The translations under genes and the position numbers were made by a program. The notes below the pieces were generated by a model. That model saw nothing but the letters and a program-made list of their open reading frames with translations, was not told the origin of the DNA and searched no databases. Positions 62,919 through 64,000 of a stretch of DNA of 64,000 bases are shown here, piece by piece (position 1 is the stretch's first letter; each line of letters starts with the position of its first letter). The DNA comes from Entomortierella parvispora E1425 (taxonomy: Eukaryota; Fungi; Mortierellomycota): NCBI GenBank assembly GCA_020891255.1, contig BQFW01000007.1:744001-808000 (forward strand), written 5' to 3'.

Positions 62919-64000
62919 GGTTGATGAGTGTGTGAGTGGTGATGGGGAGGGGAAGGGGAAAGGAACGAGTGATGAAAGAAGAGAGGAAATCGGATGATGA
63001 GCAGGGCGTCTTTATTCAGAAGAGAGCAGTCAGTTGTCCCGTGTGGTCCACCCACAGGCAGAGACACTGGGCTGGCTTGCTGGGCCGCAGTGGGATCTTT
63101 TTTCTTTTTTCGTGTCTCTGGCCATGTGCAACGTGGCCGTCCTTGATCGCATGTGCCTCCTTCCTTTGCTTTGTCTCTCTGTCTGTGCCCCCTCTGCTGC
63201 TCCTTTTTTTACGTGTCGCTCTTTCTTGTTCAGACTTGATTGTTGCCACTGAACGATGCTGCATCCCAGACCGTTCGCGCTTTGTGCTTTTTGTGTTGCC
63301 ACTACCGACGTCCACGCTTTCATTTTATTCCAACCATGGGCCTTGTTTTTTTTTACTCCCAGCTACACAGCGCCTCGTACGCTTCGTAGAGTACTGGCAC
63401 TGAAACGTGTCCACATCTTCTTCTGGCCCAGTCTTTGCTCCTCTTCACTCTCAAGACGTGCTGAGCCCTCCTTTTGCCACCACGGTCTCATTACTCCAAT
63501 CACCACTTCAACTCCTCCAGCTCTCGTCTTCCTCTCATCTCTTGCCACATGTCACATCTAGGATATCTAGCATATCCAGGATGTTGAATATATTATACAT
63601 TTCGATTCAGATAGAGCGGCTTCTTTTATGTAGGCCAAAAGGGCGGATGATATATTTTCTTTCTATTGGGTTGCTCTTTTTTGGAGTGGAGGGTGACTTC
63701 TGGTGGTATGGATTATTTTGTCGTCAAGGAGGAAAGAAGGGATTGAGAGAGACTGATTTAAGCATCCTCCTCAGCAACGGCAGCGACCTTGGGGGAAGGT
63801 CCCTGAGCAGCCCACTTGGAGGTGCCCTAGAAATGGTCGAGAATAAAAGGAACAGAGGGTCAGTATCACAATTCTCGTTCTCAATTCCGATGTTATGTTC
63901 CTCCAAGGGAAACGTCCAGATTCTAAGGCCAATTCGATCCATGCTCGTGGGTCCATGATAGATGTAGTCCAATCCTTCCGGGTTTGTCCTCCCACATGCT

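Noticed and set aside
63724-64000. Short minus-strand ORFs at the window end
   Set aside because: Could be the 3' end of a neighbouring gene, but no motif is recognisable and the frame is ambiguous.

Overview
Eukaryotic, intron-rich fungal DNA. The gene structure, F-box/LRR expansion style and retained VMP1 point to an early-diverging fungus, most likely Mortierellaceae (inference). About 20 protein-coding genes were reconstructed by hand from GT-AG splice sites: metacaspase (partial), DHA2-type MFS transporter, secreted S8 subtilisin, a large disordered PCI-like protein, three F-box proteins, ThrRS, a CCCH zinc-finger protein, two tandem Myb-repeat proteins, EMC4, COQ5, an ankyrin+DIL protein, a Nudix hydrolase, an orphan ORF, VMP1, SUV3, PIK1, RPL7 and ARF1. 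One box C/D snoRNA lies in RPL7 intron 2. Best leads: (1) a 1.07-kb RPL7 first intron with repeated CUCGGUG motifs, several in UCGGU-loop hairpins, plus GGAUC/GAUCC hairpins; (2) tandem Myb-repeat proteins with mitochondrial-presequence-like N-termini; (3) a SAP domain spliced onto VMP1; (4) a possible dual-targeted ThrRS. No tRNA, rRNA, CRISPR array or intact transposon was recognised. All calls were made by eye without database searches.
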